DNA of 64,000 bases from an uncultured delta proteobacterium (GCA_963772835.1 CAVYYZ010000002.1:467710-531709), one strand, 5' to 3'. Counted from the stretch's first letter, positions 20,249 through 35,617 are shown. Numbers and translations are program-made. The notes: generated by a model from the sequence alone, not told the origin.

Positions 20249-20989
20249 ATGTATAATATTCTGATCTCTGCAGCTGCTGCAGTCGCCGTGCTGCTGATAC
20301 TTGTTTTTGTCCTCAAACTGGCCTGGTGGGTCTCGCTGATAATCGGCCTGATAGTTTTCGCGCTGATTTTTGTCCTTTTTTCCCGCATCACCATGAAGAA
20401 GGTCATGCTGTCGATAGAAACGGCAGGTAAGGATTTACAGGCCCAGCCCCCTCGTTTTGAAAAAGCGATCAGGGAATTGAAAGAAGCTTTACAGTATAGC
20501 AAATGGCAGCTGTATGTGGAGGGGCAAGTCAATTCACAGATCGGCATGATATATTATATGAAACGTGACTTTTCAAATGCCTTCCCCTATCTGGAAAAGT
20601 CCTTTTTCAAAAACTGGGCCGCGACTGCCATGCTGGCAGTCTCCTACATGAAGCGCCAGAAGAGAGACAAGATGATCAGCACTTTTGAGCGGGCTATCCA
20701 ATGGAACCGCAAGGAGTCGCTACTCTGGAGTCTCTACGCGTATTGCATGAACGAGGGTGGCGATTCAGTAAAAGCCAAAGAGATACTTGCAAAAGGTCTG
20801 AAAAAGCTTCCGGGTGACGAAAAATTGAAGGACAATCTTGAGTGTCTGGAAAAGGGCAAAAAAATGAATATGCGGGCGTATGGGGATTTATGGTTTCAGT
20901 TCCACCTTGAAAGCCTGGGCGCTCTTCAGAAGCACCAGATGGCATCTATGGGTGGCCGGATGCAGCGAAGGATGTCAGCTAAAAGATAA
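20249..20989 (+). CDS. Membrane-anchored TPR-like hypothetical protein
   Basis: Two N-terminal TM helices then helical repeats (QIGMIYY..FSNAFPYLEK). Confidence 0.7.
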   Translation: MYNILISAAAAVAVLLILVFVLKLAWWVSLIIGLIVFALIFVLFSRITMKKVMLSIETAGKDLQAQPPRFEKAIRELKEALQYSKWQLYVEGQVNSQIGMIYYMKRDFSNAFPYLEKSFFKNWAATAMLAVSYMKRQKRDKMISTFERAIQWNRKESLLWSLYAYCMNEGGDSVKAKEILAKGLKKLPGDEKLKDNLECLEKGKKMNMRAYGDLWFQFHLESLGALQKHQMASMGGRMQRRMSAKR

Positions 20990-20990
20990 A

Positions 20991-21018
20991 AGAGAGGGTC
21001 CGAAAGGGCCCTTCTCTC
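20991..21018. terminator. Hairpin between convergent genes
   Basis: AGAGAGGGTCC-GAAA-GGGCCCTTCTCT. Confidence 0.55.
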
Positions 21019-21027
21019 ATACAGAAT

Positions 21028-22344
21028 TTATTTCGGGGAATGTTTCTTCCAAAAAGAGCGCAGTGCGTTATAGCACCCTTCGGGTGTTGAATCAAAAACC
21101 ACAACCGGCCGGCAGAGCCGACTTTCCAGATCATCCAGAGCAATGTCATCAAGAAATATGCCTTCCCCTTCTTTCAGCATCACATCCGGTACGAGAAGGC
21201 AGGAACCAATATTTAGACTGGCCAGCGCTGCAACTATATCATTACCGGCAATCAGTCCACTCACCGTTATACTCGGTCCGAAAAGCTTATTTTCTACTGC
21301 AACGGGAACAATATCGACACCGCATTTTTCTGCCAACTGCTCCAGAAAACCACTCACAAATCCAAATGAGGATACGCCGGTGACCACAGTTGCCCGGAAC
21401 GGACCAAGCGGCCGAATTCTACGCAGCAACCGGGCGGCTTCCTTCATAAAAAGCGGTACCATGCCAACACCGTTCTCTATTTGCGGGAAATTACCATATT
21501 CTTTTATTGGGGGGAATGGCAGACCAGCCTTGAGGTAAAATTCGTCTGCAAGAAACAGAAAAGGGTGTCGTAGCTTTCTACTCAGAGCTTTTGCTTTAGG
21601 CTGCCAGATTGCAATGATTTCCCGGGCACAATCGCAATCAACCGGTGTTAATTGCGTCAATTTCTGACGATGGCCGGTAAGCCCGAGGGGGACTATCGCT
21701 ATTGATTGCACAGCAGGAGAGAGATCAACCAGTTCGGCCACGGTTCGTTGCAGTTCTTCACCGTCATTCAGTCCGGGACAGAGGACCACCTGCGTATGCA
21801 TGACTATCCGGGCGTCAGCCAACCGCCGTAACTGGTCAATAATGCAAGGGATACCGGGCTTACCGAGCATACGTTCGCGCAAAGAAGGATTGGTTGCGTG
21901 GACTGAAATATATAACGGGGAGAGACGCTGCTCTATGATGCGGTTCAACGCTGCAGTTTTAAGGTTGGCCAAAGTGACGTAATTACCGTTTAAAAAGGAA
22001 AGGCGATAATCTTCATCTTTTACATAGAGAGGCTTTCGGAGCCCTTTAGGAAGTTGATGCACAAAACAGAAGACACAGTTGTTTGAGCAACGGGCGGGAA
22101 CAGGGGGAGAAAAAATAAGACCAAGCGACTCTTCCGCATGGCGCTCAACCTCCAACTCCCACAATTCGCCATCCTGCTTTTCAATCTCCAGCAGCAACGA
22201 TTCCTCAGAAGCAGTGTAGTAGCTGTAATCAATCAGATCACGCAACAGCACCCCGTTAACAGCAACCAGGCTGTCACCTGCCGCCACCTCCAATCCGTCA
22301 GCTATCGAACCGGGGGTGACTGAATGAATCTTCAGGCCGGCCAT
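21028..22344 (-). CDS. PDZ + DUF512 radical-SAM-like Fe-S protein
   Basis: N-terminal PDZ, CSNNCVFCFVHQLP, KDEDYRLSFL.GNYVTL, QIENGVGM. Confidence 0.88.
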   Translation of the reverse strand: MAGLKIHSVTPGSIADGLEVAAGDSLVAVNGVLLRDLIDYSYYTASEESLLLEIEKQDGELWELEVERHAEESLGLIFSPPVPARCSNNCVFCFVHQLPKGLRKPLYVKDEDYRLSFLNGNYVTLANLKTAALNRIIEQRLSPLYISVHATNPSLRERMLGKPGIPCIIDQLRRLADARIVMHTQVVLCPGLNDGEELQRTVAELVDLSPAVQSIAIVPLGLTGHRQKLTQLTPVDCDCAREIIAIWQPKAKALSRKLRHPFLFLADEFYLKAGLPFPPIKEYGNFPQIENGVGMVPLFMKEAARLLRRIRPLGPFRATVVTGVSSFGFVSGFLEQLAEKCGVDIVPVAVENKLFGPSITVSGLIAGNDIVAALASLNIGSCLLVPDVMLKEGEGIFLDDIALDDLESRLCRPVVVFDSTPEGCYNALRSFWKKHSPK

Positions 22345-22384
22345 CTCTACTCCCGGTAAAACCCTGAACCGTAAAAGGCCTGCA

Positions 22385-22609
22385 TTACTGGTGCAGCCTG
22401 AAAGAACCATCTACCGCAGTGATCGTAGCGATGGCATGCTTGTAAATCAGCATATCCCCACCGGAGTCAAGCAAAACAGAGAAGTTATCGAATGATTTTA
22501 TGAATCCCTCAAGTCTGCCACCCGACATCATGACAACTGCAAGCCGCACACGCTCCTTACGGGCCTGATTAAGATACTGGTCCTGGATATTGAAGGGTGC
22601 CTTTGACAT
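22385..22609 (-). CDS. hfq: RNA chaperone Hfq
   Basis: NIQDQYLN, GFIKSFDNF, LIYKHAI; follows miaA. Confidence 0.95.
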   Translation of the reverse strand: MSKAPFNIQDQYLNQARKERVRLAVVMMSGGRLEGFIKSFDNFSVLLDSGGDMLIYKHAIATITAVDGSFRLHQ

Positions 22610-22614
22610 TGTAG

Positions 22615-23556
22615 TTACGCCTCCCGCTGTTCAAAAAAATCAATTGCACGCCGGTGTATAATATCAAATTTCTCGGGATATTCAAACCACAATATATCCG
22701 GATCGGCCTTAAACCAGGTCAGTTGGCGCTTGGCATAGTGCCGCGTATCGCGCTTAATCAAGCGCGTGGTCTCCTCTTCTGAAAGTTCTCCGCAAAGGTG
22801 AGAAACCGCTTCCTTATACCCAATCGACCGCATCGCCTTGAGTTCCCGCCCGAACCCGGAAGCCAATAATCCGCTTACTTCGTTCAGCAGGCCAGCGTCC
22901 AGCATCTGATCAACCCGCAGATCTATTCGCCTGTACAACTCTGCGCGATCCACCAAGATGCCGATTTGCAGCGTGGCATAACGTCGGGTGGCAAATGAAT
23001 GTTCCTTTTGATATCGTGAAAGAGGAACTCCTGTCAGCTGATATACTTCCAGAGCGCGTATGATTCGAACCAGATTGTTTGGGTGCAGGCCTGCCGCAAG
23101 CTCAGGATCGACCTGTGTCAGGCGCCTCAGCATAGCTTCATTGCCTGACCTGTTCGCCTCCTCCTGCAAAGCGTCACGGATTTCACCTGCCCCGCTTGGC
23201 GAATCGACCAGACCGTTGACCAGAGTCCTGATGTAGAGACCGGTGCCGCCAACCACAATAACGCGTTTACCTCGACTGGTTATGTCACTGATCGCTGCAT
23301 CCGCAGCAACAGAAAAATCAGCGGCAGAAAAAGGTTGGTCAGGGTCGGCCACATCGATCAGATGGTGCCGAATTTCGGCTTGCTGATCCATCGAAGGTTT
23401 TGCGGTACCGATATTCAAACGCCGGAAAATTTGCAGAGAGTCAGCATTAACGATCTCAGCATCAAGTTCATGCGCAAGTCGAAGGGCAAGCTCACTCTTG
23501 CCGGAAGCAGTCGGCCCGCAGACCACAAGGATTTTAATCTCTGGGGAGGGAGTCAT
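22615..23556 (-). CDS. miaA: tRNA dimethylallyltransferase
   Basis: GPTASGKS, NADSLQ, IGTAKP, VGGTGLY, YAKRQLTWF. Confidence 0.96.
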   Translation of the reverse strand: MTPSPEIKILVVCGPTASGKSELALRLAHELDAEIVNADSLQIFRRLNIGTAKPSMDQQAEIRHHLIDVADPDQPFSAADFSVAADAAISDITSRGKRVIVVGGTGLYIRTLVNGLVDSPSGAGEIRDALQEEANRSGNEAMLRRLTQVDPELAAGLHPNNLVRIIRALEVYQLTGVPLSRYQKEHSFATRRYATLQIGILVDRAELYRRIDLRVDQMLDAGLLNEVSGLLASGFGRELKAMRSIGYKEAVSHLCGELSEEETTRLIKRDTRHYAKRQLTWFKADPDILWFEYPEKFDIIHRRAIDFFEQREA

Positions 23557-25373
23557 GTCCGTTTAAATATTTTCTGCAACTCTGCCAGAGTAACATTGTG
23601 GGACACAGGACGACCATGCGGGCAGCTGGCGGCAAAGTCCGTCTGATCCATACGATAAAGCAATTCCTTGATCTGGCCGACTGAAAGGGGATGAAAACCA
23701 CGAATAACAGAGTGGCATGCGATACGGGAAAGCAAACTTTCCAGGGTGTCATTAAAGGCGACACTTGTGCCGAATCGATCAAGATCCGCCAGAATATCTC
23801 GGATCAGATTGATCGAATCCTTTTGCACTACCAGACGGGGAACCGCTGAAACAATGACTGTCGTACCGCCAAACGGCTCAATCTCAAAACCGATTTCGGC
23901 CAGATCTGTACTGAACCTTTTCGCCAGCTCTACTTCTGTGAAAGAGAGTTCGACTGTTTCGGAAAACAACAGACGTTGTGACTCGATCCCGCTCGTGAGA
24001 CTCTGCTGCTTCAGGAGCTGATATGCTACCCGTTCACTGGCGGCATGCTGGTCGATAATCACCAGCCCGGAATCCGACTGGCATATAATATATTCACTAT
24101 GAAACTGACCGATAATCGACAGTGAGGAAAAATAGCCGGCCGGTTCCGGTTGCTGACTCTCCGGCAGAAAGGATGTGCCAGTTTCACAGACAGTGACTGC
24201 CTGTTCCGGCGATATCATTGGAGTCGCGGCTGCTGTTATATTTTGCTGAACCTGCTGAATGTGGTATTGCTGACGTGGGGAAAGAACCAATGAAGACTGG
24301 GCCGCAGCAGCGAGCCGTTCGCGTCGGGCCTGTCCGGAGTCTCCGCTCTTTACATTTTCAATAACCCGCGGATCCGTTAACCATGGAGAAGTGCGCAGCA
24401 CTTTTTCTATCGCATTCTGAATGGCATCATGAACAACTGATTGACGCCTGAACCGGACTTCATGCTTGGTTGGGTGGACATTTACATCCACTTCCTCCGG
24501 AGTAAGTTCAATGAATAGAGCCACAACAGGGTAGCGGCCACGGTCGATGACTCCCCGGTAGGCCTGCATTACAGCATGCTGCACAACTCTGTCACGAATA
24601 AAACGCCCGTTAATATACGTATAAATTGACTGAGTTCCTGATCGCGCCACTGACGGTCCGGAAACAAAACCAATTATTGACGCATAGTCATCCCCACCTT
24701 TGACAGGGTGGAGATAGGGAGAACTTGTCCTTCCAACAACCTGAGAAAGACGTCGGAGCAGGTCACTACGCTGCAGTCGAAGCAGATCCCGCTCATCACT
24801 TGTACAGGAGAATGCGACATCGGGGCGTGAAACTGCCATTTGAGTGATAACATCGGCAGCATGTCCGGCCTCGGTTTCGGCGCTCTTCATGAATTTAAGT
24901 CGGGCAGGAAGATTGAAAAATATCTGTTCAACGACTATTACGGTACCGGGCGCCATGCCACAAGCCCTGACATTACGGATTCTTCCACCTTCCACGACGA
25001 TCTCAGTACCTTCCGGGCTATCAACCTCACGTGTTGCAAGTGAAAACCGGGAAACCGATGCGATCGAAGGGAGGGCTTCCCCTCGAAAACCGAGTGTTAT
25101 AATTTTATCCAGATCACCGTCAGTTTTTATTTTGCTGGTGGCGTGCCGCTCCAATGAAAGAAGAGCATCCTCGCGTGACATGCCATGGCCGTTATCAGTA
25201 ACGCGTATCAGTCGTCTTCCGCCGGCTCTTATCTCTACTGATATATCTGTCGCACCGGCATCAAGAGCATTTTCGATCAGCTCCTTTATAACAGAAGCAG
25301 GACGCTCGACAACCTCTCCAGCTGCTATCTTGTTGGTAAGTGATTCTGGCAGAATAGTAATACGCTGGGACAT
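23553..25373 (-). CDS. mutL: DNA mismatch repair endonuclease MutL
   Basis: IAAGEVVERPASV, GFRGEAL, DVNVHP, DQHAASER, CPHGRP. Confidence 0.96.
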   Translation of the reverse strand: MSQRITILPESLTNKIAAGEVVERPASVIKELIENALDAGATDISVEIRAGGRRLIRVTDNGHGMSREDALLSLERHATSKIKTDGDLDKIITLGFRGEALPSIASVSRFSLATREVDSPEGTEIVVEGGRIRNVRACGMAPGTVIVVEQIFFNLPARLKFMKSAETEAGHAADVITQMAVSRPDVAFSCTSDERDLLRLQRSDLLRRLSQVVGRTSSPYLHPVKGGDDYASIIGFVSGPSVARSGTQSIYTYINGRFIRDRVVQHAVMQAYRGVIDRGRYPVVALFIELTPEEVDVNVHPTKHEVRFRRQSVVHDAIQNAIEKVLRTSPWLTDPRVIENVKSGDSGQARRERLAAAAQSSLVLSPRQQYHIQQVQQNITAAATPMISPEQAVTVCETGTSFLPESQQPEPAGYFSSLSIIGQFHSEYIICQSDSGLVIIDQHAASERVAYQLLKQQSLTSGIESQRLLFSETVELSFTEVELAKRFSTDLAEIGFEIEPFGGTTVIVSAVPRLVVQKDSINLIRDILADLDRFGTSVAFNDTLESLLSRIACHSVIRGFHPLSVGQIKELLYRMDQTDFAASCPHGRPVSHNVTLAELQKIFKRT

Positions 25374-25391
25374 AATCGCTCCTGCTTGTAC

Positions 25392-25418
25392 AAAAAAAGA
25401 GCGGGGCAACCCGCTCTT
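25392..25418 (-). terminator. Intrinsic terminator upstream of mutL
   Basis: Minus strand AAGAGCGGG-TTGC-CCCGCTCTTTTTTT. Confidence 0.65.
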
Positions 25419-25590
25419 GATGGAAGTTATAACGAATTTTAGTACGCAGTGCGATAGATATTTTTTTGCACTTTCTGTCTAAATAACCTATTCCGAAACG
25501 ACTTTATCCTGTAAATATGGGCGGCTGATAATAGCACTTTCACTTATCCAGTTGATAAAGGTTCAGTGAAGAGTGACCAACCGTGAATAA

Positions 25591-26175
25591 TTATTTTGAA
25601 ACGTTCTCTTTCGCATCACCGAAAAGAGAATCGAAATCGTCCGGGGCCTCTTTGCTTTCAGGTGTTGCTGCAGTCGGAGTATCATCCCATGAAAAACTTT
25701 CAAGATCAAATTCGCCTGGCCCGGACGAAGGACTCGCATCCGTTTTTTCTGCCGCAGGAATTTTGCCGAACGTCGTTGGTGCCTGAGCAGCAAAGGGGTT
25801 CTCTTCAATCTGTGAAGTCGACTCAAGAAGATCTGCAAAAACATCATCTTCTGACTTTGTACTCCCCGATTGTTTCACGTCGGAAGAATGATCGTCAAAG
25901 TCAAACGGGTCATCGGTGCCATGAGTAGATTCAGCTGATGAAACATCGGGAAGATCAAAAGAAAATATGTCATCATGTGCTTCAATAGTTTCACTGATCT
26001 GGCCGGTCACAGAAACTGCCGACCGGTATTCATCCGCTAAACTTTCTTTTGCTTCAAGGGGGAGAACCAGTGAAGTAATAGAATAGGTTTGCTTATAACT
26101 GATCAAATCACTTGAACACTTTTTACAACTGTCATAGTATTCAAAACTATTATATCCGCACTTTGGACATTTCAT
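25591..26175 (-). CDS. Zinc-ribbon protein with acidic low-complexity tail
   Basis: MKCPKCG...CKKC then D/E/S/F-rich region; GGAG RBS. Confidence 0.75.
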   Translation of the reverse strand: MKCPKCGYNSFEYYDSCKKCSSDLISYKQTYSITSLVLPLEAKESLADEYRSAVSVTGQISETIEAHDDIFSFDLPDVSSAESTHGTDDPFDFDDHSSDVKQSGSTKSEDDVFADLLESTSQIEENPFAAQAPTTFGKIPAAEKTDASPSSGPGEFDLESFSWDDTPTAATPESKEAPDDFDSLFGDAKENVSK

Positions 26176-26199
26176 TAGCGGCTCCTTGACTTCATTCAA

Positions 26200-26946
26200 T
26201 CACAACTCGCCAGATATATACTGTATTATTGCAAGAATAGCAATACCTGCCGTTTCAGTTCTCAGTATCCTGGTGCCGAGTGAAACCGGTTGGAATCCAT
26301 TATCGATAAAGTGACGTACCTCTAAAGGATCAAAACCTCCCTCCGGCCCAATTGCCACGATGACTGACGGAGGTATTTCTCCGGCAGAGATGACGTCTTT
26401 CAGTGAGTTCTGCCTTTCTCCCTCCCAGAGAATCAACCGGAGTATATGACCACTATCTCTCGAAGCCTCAACTGAGCTTGGACACCACGTCACCTCAGGA
26501 ATATCTGGCCGTCCGCATTGACGTGCGGCCTCTGTCGTGATCCTGTTCCAACGCTCCAGCTTAGTAAGCTGATTATCATCACGGACTTTAGCAACTGAGC
26601 GACGACCGCCAAACAGGCAGAAATTGTGGACACCGAGCTCGGTACCCTTCTGCAGTATCAGATCAATCTTATCCCCTTTGGGAAGTGCCTGACAAATAGT
26701 AATCTGAGGGACCTTACTGTTACTCTCAACAGCAAGGCATGAAGAGGTGATAGTAACTTCCACAGTATCTTTGCCAACATGACTGATTATGCCATTATAG
26801 ACCATGCTGTTTTCATCAGTCAACTGAACGGCATCTCCAGGCACCATACGCAGCACACGGACCATGTGTTTGAAAATATCTCCGTCAAATGAGGCACAAT
26901 TCTCACGAATATTTCGTGACAGTATCATAAAACGGCGCGCGCTCAT
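26200..26946 (-). CDS. rsmE: 16S rRNA m3U1498 methyltransferase
   Basis: HMVRVLR, QKGTELG, EAARQC, IGPEGGF, LGTRILRTETA. Confidence 0.95.
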   Translation of the reverse strand: MSARRFMILSRNIRENCASFDGDIFKHMVRVLRMVPGDAVQLTDENSMVYNGIISHVGKDTVEVTITSSCLAVESNSKVPQITICQALPKGDKIDLILQKGTELGVHNFCLFGGRRSVAKVRDDNQLTKLERWNRITTEAARQCGRPDIPEVTWCPSSVEASRDSGHILRLILWEGERQNSLKDVISAGEIPPSVIVAIGPEGGFDPLEVRHFIDNGFQPVSLGTRILRTETAGIAILAIIQYISGEL

Positions 26947-27872
26947 GTACTCTGAATTTTTCTATACAGCATGGCAATCCATTCGCCGGCAGTAGATGTA
27001 TGACAATACGTGAGCGGTTGTGAGGCGAATCCCTTACGTACAAGCTGTTCCTTTTCCATCAGAATGCCGGAGAGAATTAAAGAACTTCCGGGTTGCAGCC
27101 TGTCAGTAAGGAATGGAGCGAGGCGCACCAGTTCCTCTGCGAGAATATTTGCCAGAATAATATCAAATTTTTCATCAAGTGTTTCAAGAGGTGCTGTTCC
27201 GCATTCAATACGATCAGACATTTCATTAAGCTCAATATTTTCGCGGGCGACTTCAACTGCATCAGGGTCGATATCAAGGGCAAGAATCCGCCCTGCACCC
27301 AGCAGGTTCGCCGCCATTGCCAGTATTCCCGATCCGGTTCCCAGATCAAGCAGAGACGGCACTGTGAGTAGCGGACCTGTTTCCATGACATATTCCAGCA
27401 TCTCCAGACAGAGACGCGTAGTTTCATGGCCGCCGGTTCCAAACGCCATTCCAGGATCGATGCGAATAACAAGATCGCCGGGCAACACGACGGCCTCTTC
27501 CCAGGTAGGCATAATCAGGAGATGTTTTCCAACGCGGAGTGGTTTGAAATGAACTTTCCAACTGTTGCTCCAATCTTCGGAATTCACGGCGGAAAGCACA
27601 GGAGGTAGAAAGCTTGCTGCAGGATGCTGCTTGGTAAGATTTGACAGAAATGCATCAAGCTCATGCATATACTGTGATGGGTCATTGGCGGCTGACAGGT
27701 ACGCCTTAATAACAACCCGGACAGATTCTGGAATTTCACTTACTGAGAAGGCATCAACACACTGATTATCAACGCAGACACCCTTTCCGGTAAGTTGTGT
27801 TAGAAATTCAGCAACAATGTCTGCGTGCTCTTCCGGAACATCACACGCTATTTCAAGCCATGATTCAATCAT
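26943..27872 (-). CDS. prmA: Ribosomal protein L11 methyltransferase
   Basis: DW..WK.HFKP, IDPGMAFGTGGHETT, LDLGTGSGIL, ANILA. Confidence 0.95.
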   Translation of the reverse strand: MIESWLEIACDVPEEHADIVAEFLTQLTGKGVCVDNQCVDAFSVSEIPESVRVVIKAYLSAANDPSQYMHELDAFLSNLTKQHPAASFLPPVLSAVNSEDWSNSWKVHFKPLRVGKHLLIMPTWEEAVVLPGDLVIRIDPGMAFGTGGHETTRLCLEMLEYVMETGPLLTVPSLLDLGTGSGILAMAANLLGAGRILALDIDPDAVEVARENIELNEMSDRIECGTAPLETLDEKFDIILANILAEELVRLAPFLTDRLQPGSSLILSGILMEKEQLVRKGFASQPLTYCHTSTAGEWIAMLYRKIQST

Positions 27873-27971
27873 GTCAAACCCTTAGAGGATGTATTTTTCG
27901 TGAAAAGTAGCAGATGAACCGACAGCTGACAACAGAAATCGACCAGCTGTTTTCCATTCATGTTTCAACGT

Positions 27972-28009
27972 AAAACGCCCCGCATCCATTTCTGGTTGCG
28001 GGGCGTTTT
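27972..28009 (-). terminator. rRNA operon terminator
   Basis: AAAACGCCCCGCA...TGCGGGGCGTTTT immediately after 5S. Confidence 0.8.
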
Positions 28010-28018
28010 GTATTAATT

Positions 28019-28135
<117 letters not shown>

Positions 28136-28320
28136 AATCTTTGGGGTGAGTGCTGAAGGTTAAGAGTGAGGGATTATCCTTGCACTTTTCATGTTTCACG
28201 TTCAGCCAAATTGTTTCTTGGCAATTGCTTTGGATGGATAGTTTGTTGGTTTGTATGATTTGATTTGATTTATATCGACCTGGGGAGGGTTGCCCCTCCC
28301 CGGGCCGTATTTCATTTTTA

Positions 28321-31272
<2,952 letters not shown>

Positions 31273-31452
31273 TAAAAAATCGAAATCAATCTACAAATTA
31301 ACATACAATTCAAGTAAATACGTACGCACTGAGTATGCATCTACCACCTAAACTATCCACTATGCAATTGTCAAAGAACTAAATCGTGAATGTTGAATCC
31401 TGAATGGTGAAAAATAAACCCTAACTTGTCATCTTCACTCTCACAAAATTAT

Positions 31453-31528
31453 TGGTGGAGGTGAACGGGTTCGAACCGATGACCCCCTGCGTGCAAGGCA
31501 GGTGCTCTCCCAGCTGAGCTACACCCCC
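31453..31528 (-). tRNA. tRNA-Ala(TGC)
   Basis: GGGGGTGTAGCTCAG...CTTGCACG...CCACCA in the ITS. Confidence 0.96.
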
Positions 31529-31537
31529 AATAAAGGT

Positions 31538-31614
31538 TGGTGGGCCTGGCTGGACTCGAACCAGCGACCTCACGATTATCAGTCGTGTGCTCTAGCCAAC
31601 TGAGCTACAAGCCC
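31538..31614 (-). tRNA. tRNA-Ile(GAT)
   Basis: GGGCTTGTAGCTCAG...CACGACTGATAATCGTG...CCACCA in the ITS. Confidence 0.96.
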
Positions 31615-31762
31615 ATCAAATCGTGTGATCGTTTTCACGATACACTTAAGTTGTAAAGAGCAAAAAACCAGAGAAGACTCTGGTCTCTCAAAACCGAATA
31701 GCAGTGTGATTTAAAGTGATTTGTGTTTGACCTAGGTAAGCTTGGAAGGTCTAGCCTTCTAG

Positions 31763-33328
<1,566 letters not shown>

Positions 33329-33461
33329 TATACTGATATAGTTTGAATACTTAAAACCCAAAATTTACTTCTGGCAAAAATATCTTGCACTTGGTGTTTC
33401 TTACAAATCACTTTAAAACTGCTATTCGGTTTTCAAAGACCAGATGTGCAAACGAACCGAC

Positions 33462-33589
33462 AACATACCCAGATCAATCTCAACTGTCAACAACTATTTT
33501 CCGACCAGCCAATCTTTTTTCCAGGCGCCCCAAAAACTTCGGTTCCAAAAGGGACTCGCTTTCTATCATAAACAATTTACACCTGTCAA
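33462..33589 (-). promoter_or_regulatory. Tandem sigma70-type rRNA promoters
   Basis: TTGACA-17-TATGTT (33490-33462) and TTGACA-18-TAGAAA (33589-33560). Confidence 0.6.
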
Positions 33590-33874
33590 AAGAAAAATCA
33601 ATACATGAAAAAATAAATCCACCCAACTCAGACTCATCCACCAAAAACCTCGTAAAATCCATGAGTACCAAGAGTATGAACATTCATAAGATTTGTTGAA
33701 CCGCGCGTCTCAATAAGACCCATCGTGATTATGCCTCCGTCTTATGGTGTCACCGGCATATCCAGCGACCGGTTACAACTTCAGCTGTATTTATCCTCCT
33801 TCCAACCCGGACTGGATGAAGTGTGGCACATAACATTGTACACTCATAATCCGATTCCGCCGTATGAAAACAAA

Positions 33875-34969
33875 TTAACATACGGGCGGCATGGTACTTG
33901 TCTGAGACTTTAATTCGACACGTTCTATCACCCGGAAGACCGGCGAGAGAATACCCATAAACCAGATAAAGCAGAGCAGTCCGGTCAACATATCGAATAT
34001 TTTAAAGTTGGTACAAGGTGCGAATATCCGGTCATGAAATTTCAAGCAAGGATATCGTTCTTTACCCGTCAGGGGGCGCAGCCATATATCAAAAAAATAG
34101 AACATCTGCCAGGAGTTCTGGCGGATATATCTGCCGAGAGCATAAAAAGTGCGGGTCGTGCCGCAAAAACCCCATTCGTCGCGAATCATACGCCAGAGTA
34201 AACTGAAAAACGGAGACAGCAGCAACCTGCCGGTGTCCTGCTGCAGCTGATATATTCCCGGAGCACGGACAAAGAATTCCTCTACATCCACACTGTATAA
34301 CCCCATCATCATACTCATCAGAATATAGCGGCGGTGAAAGCCTTCTGCCTCAAAGCGCCGTGCCGATGTTTTGAGATGTCCGGGGAGCGTAATCCAACGC
34401 CCCTGAGATCGGATGTTCTCGGCAATACGTTGATCTTCCAAAAACTGCATGCTTTCATCGAAACCACCGAGATGACAGAAAAACTTCCTGGAGAGCATTA
34501 ACCCCTGATCGCCGTTGGTGGTATTTGTGCGGTTAAATGCGGTCTTTTCCTCCGCGTAGCGGTAGGCCACCGCGTTTTGCTGCGTAGTACGCTCAAAACG
34601 GAGGCGGAAATGGCCGGCCACATGTTCGTGTCCACACCGAACGGAGTTTAATGCCTTCAGAGCGGCATGAAGCAGATCCGGATCTTCGATCGAAGAATCA
34701 GCGTGGAGAAAAAGCAGCATATCTCCGGCTGCCAGTTCAGCCGCTGCGTTCATCTGCGCGCCGCGGCCACGCCTGGAGCTTACAAAACTGACGCCGAATG
34801 TTTCCGCCACGGACTGCGTACCGTCTGTTGAACCGCCGTCACAAACTATTATTTCTAGTGATACCTGTTCCTGTTTCTGCAGATTTTCTAACAGGTTCGG
34901 CAAACTTTCAGCTTCATTGAGTGTCGGTATAATCACTGAAAGCAGAATAGGGGCGACGGCATCTGCCAT
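33875..34969 (-). CDS. GT2 glycosyltransferase, TIGR04283-like (rSAM/selenodomain-associated)
   Basis: SVIIPTLNEA, CDGGSTDGT, GRGAQMN, LFLHADS, GDQG, FLED, TSARRF. Confidence 0.85.
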   Translation of the reverse strand: MADAVAPILLSVIIPTLNEAESLPNLLENLQKQEQVSLEIIVCDGGSTDGTQSVAETFGVSFVSSRRGRGAQMNAAAELAAGDMLLFLHADSSIEDPDLLHAALKALNSVRCGHEHVAGHFRLRFERTTQQNAVAYRYAEEKTAFNRTNTTNGDQGLMLSRKFFCHLGGFDESMQFLEDQRIAENIRSQGRWITLPGHLKTSARRFEAEGFHRRYILMSMMMGLYSVDVEEFFVRAPGIYQLQQDTGRLLLSPFFSLLWRMIRDEWGFCGTTRTFYALGRYIRQNSWQMFYFFDIWLRPLTGKERYPCLKFHDRIFAPCTNFKIFDMLTGLLCFIWFMGILSPVFRVIERVELKSQTSTMPPVC

Positions 34970-34972
34970 GGA

Positions 34973-35617
34973 TTACCTGCTCTCTGTCGTAAGTGAAATT
35001 TCCCCGTACCATGCTTCCGCACTCCCACCGGTGTTATCAGTGTCAGTCATGATGGCAATTGCCTCAGCATCCGGCGGGTCGGTTCCGAACTGGGAGCGGT
35101 AGTCAGCAACCAGATCCCGTTCCTCTTCCAACCATCTACCTGCGCTTTCGTTACCTGACTCTACAGCGATCATCATCGCGTTTGAGGTAAAAGCATTTTG
35201 AGCCGACCCACCCTTGGCCAGTTTATTTGCCCAGATATAATTGAGCGCCTTGGTCTGCCAGAAAAACCTCCCGGGAAAAATAACATACAACCTGGCAGCA
35301 TAATCATCACCGCTCTTTAATTTCTCGTCCCCTCCCTTGATCGTACCAGCAATTTTCCAACTCCACCGCAGGTATCGATACCTGGAAGGCTGAAAGCGGA
35401 TTTTCCGGATCATCCCGGACGCCGCATCATGACTGGTAGCCTTAACAACTATGCGGCCATTATCTTTTACCAGGCGGTATTCAGTCGCCCCCTTGAAGCT
35501 CTTCGACTCCCATCCCGTCAAGCCATCAGTATTAAAGCGGCCGACCTGGATTTCTTCGGCACCCGCACACGTCGCAAATACAGACAGGAAAACAATTATT
35601 GTCGCGAAGAGTTTCAC
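34973..35617 (-). CDS. DUF3047 exported protein
   Basis: Signal peptide; LRWSWK, GDDYAARLYV, LNYIW, IAIMTDTDNTG; GTG start overlapping the arsS stop. Confidence 0.85.
   Translation of the reverse strand: MKLFATIIVFLSVFATCAGAEEIQVGRFNTDGLTGWESKSFKGATEYRLVKDNGRIVVKATSHDAASGMIRKIRFQPSRYRYLRWSWKIAGTIKGGDEKLKSGDDYAARLYVIFPGRFFWQTKALNYIWANKLAKGGSAQNAFTSNAMMIAVESGNESAGRWLEEERDLVADYRSQFGTDPPDAEAIAIMTDTDNTGGSAEAWYGEISLTTESR

Noticed and set aside
35614..35616. Sec read-through at the arsS TGA
   Set aside because: The Cys-rich tail is complete with Cys; the TGA overlaps the GTG start of DUF3047, a normal coupled stop
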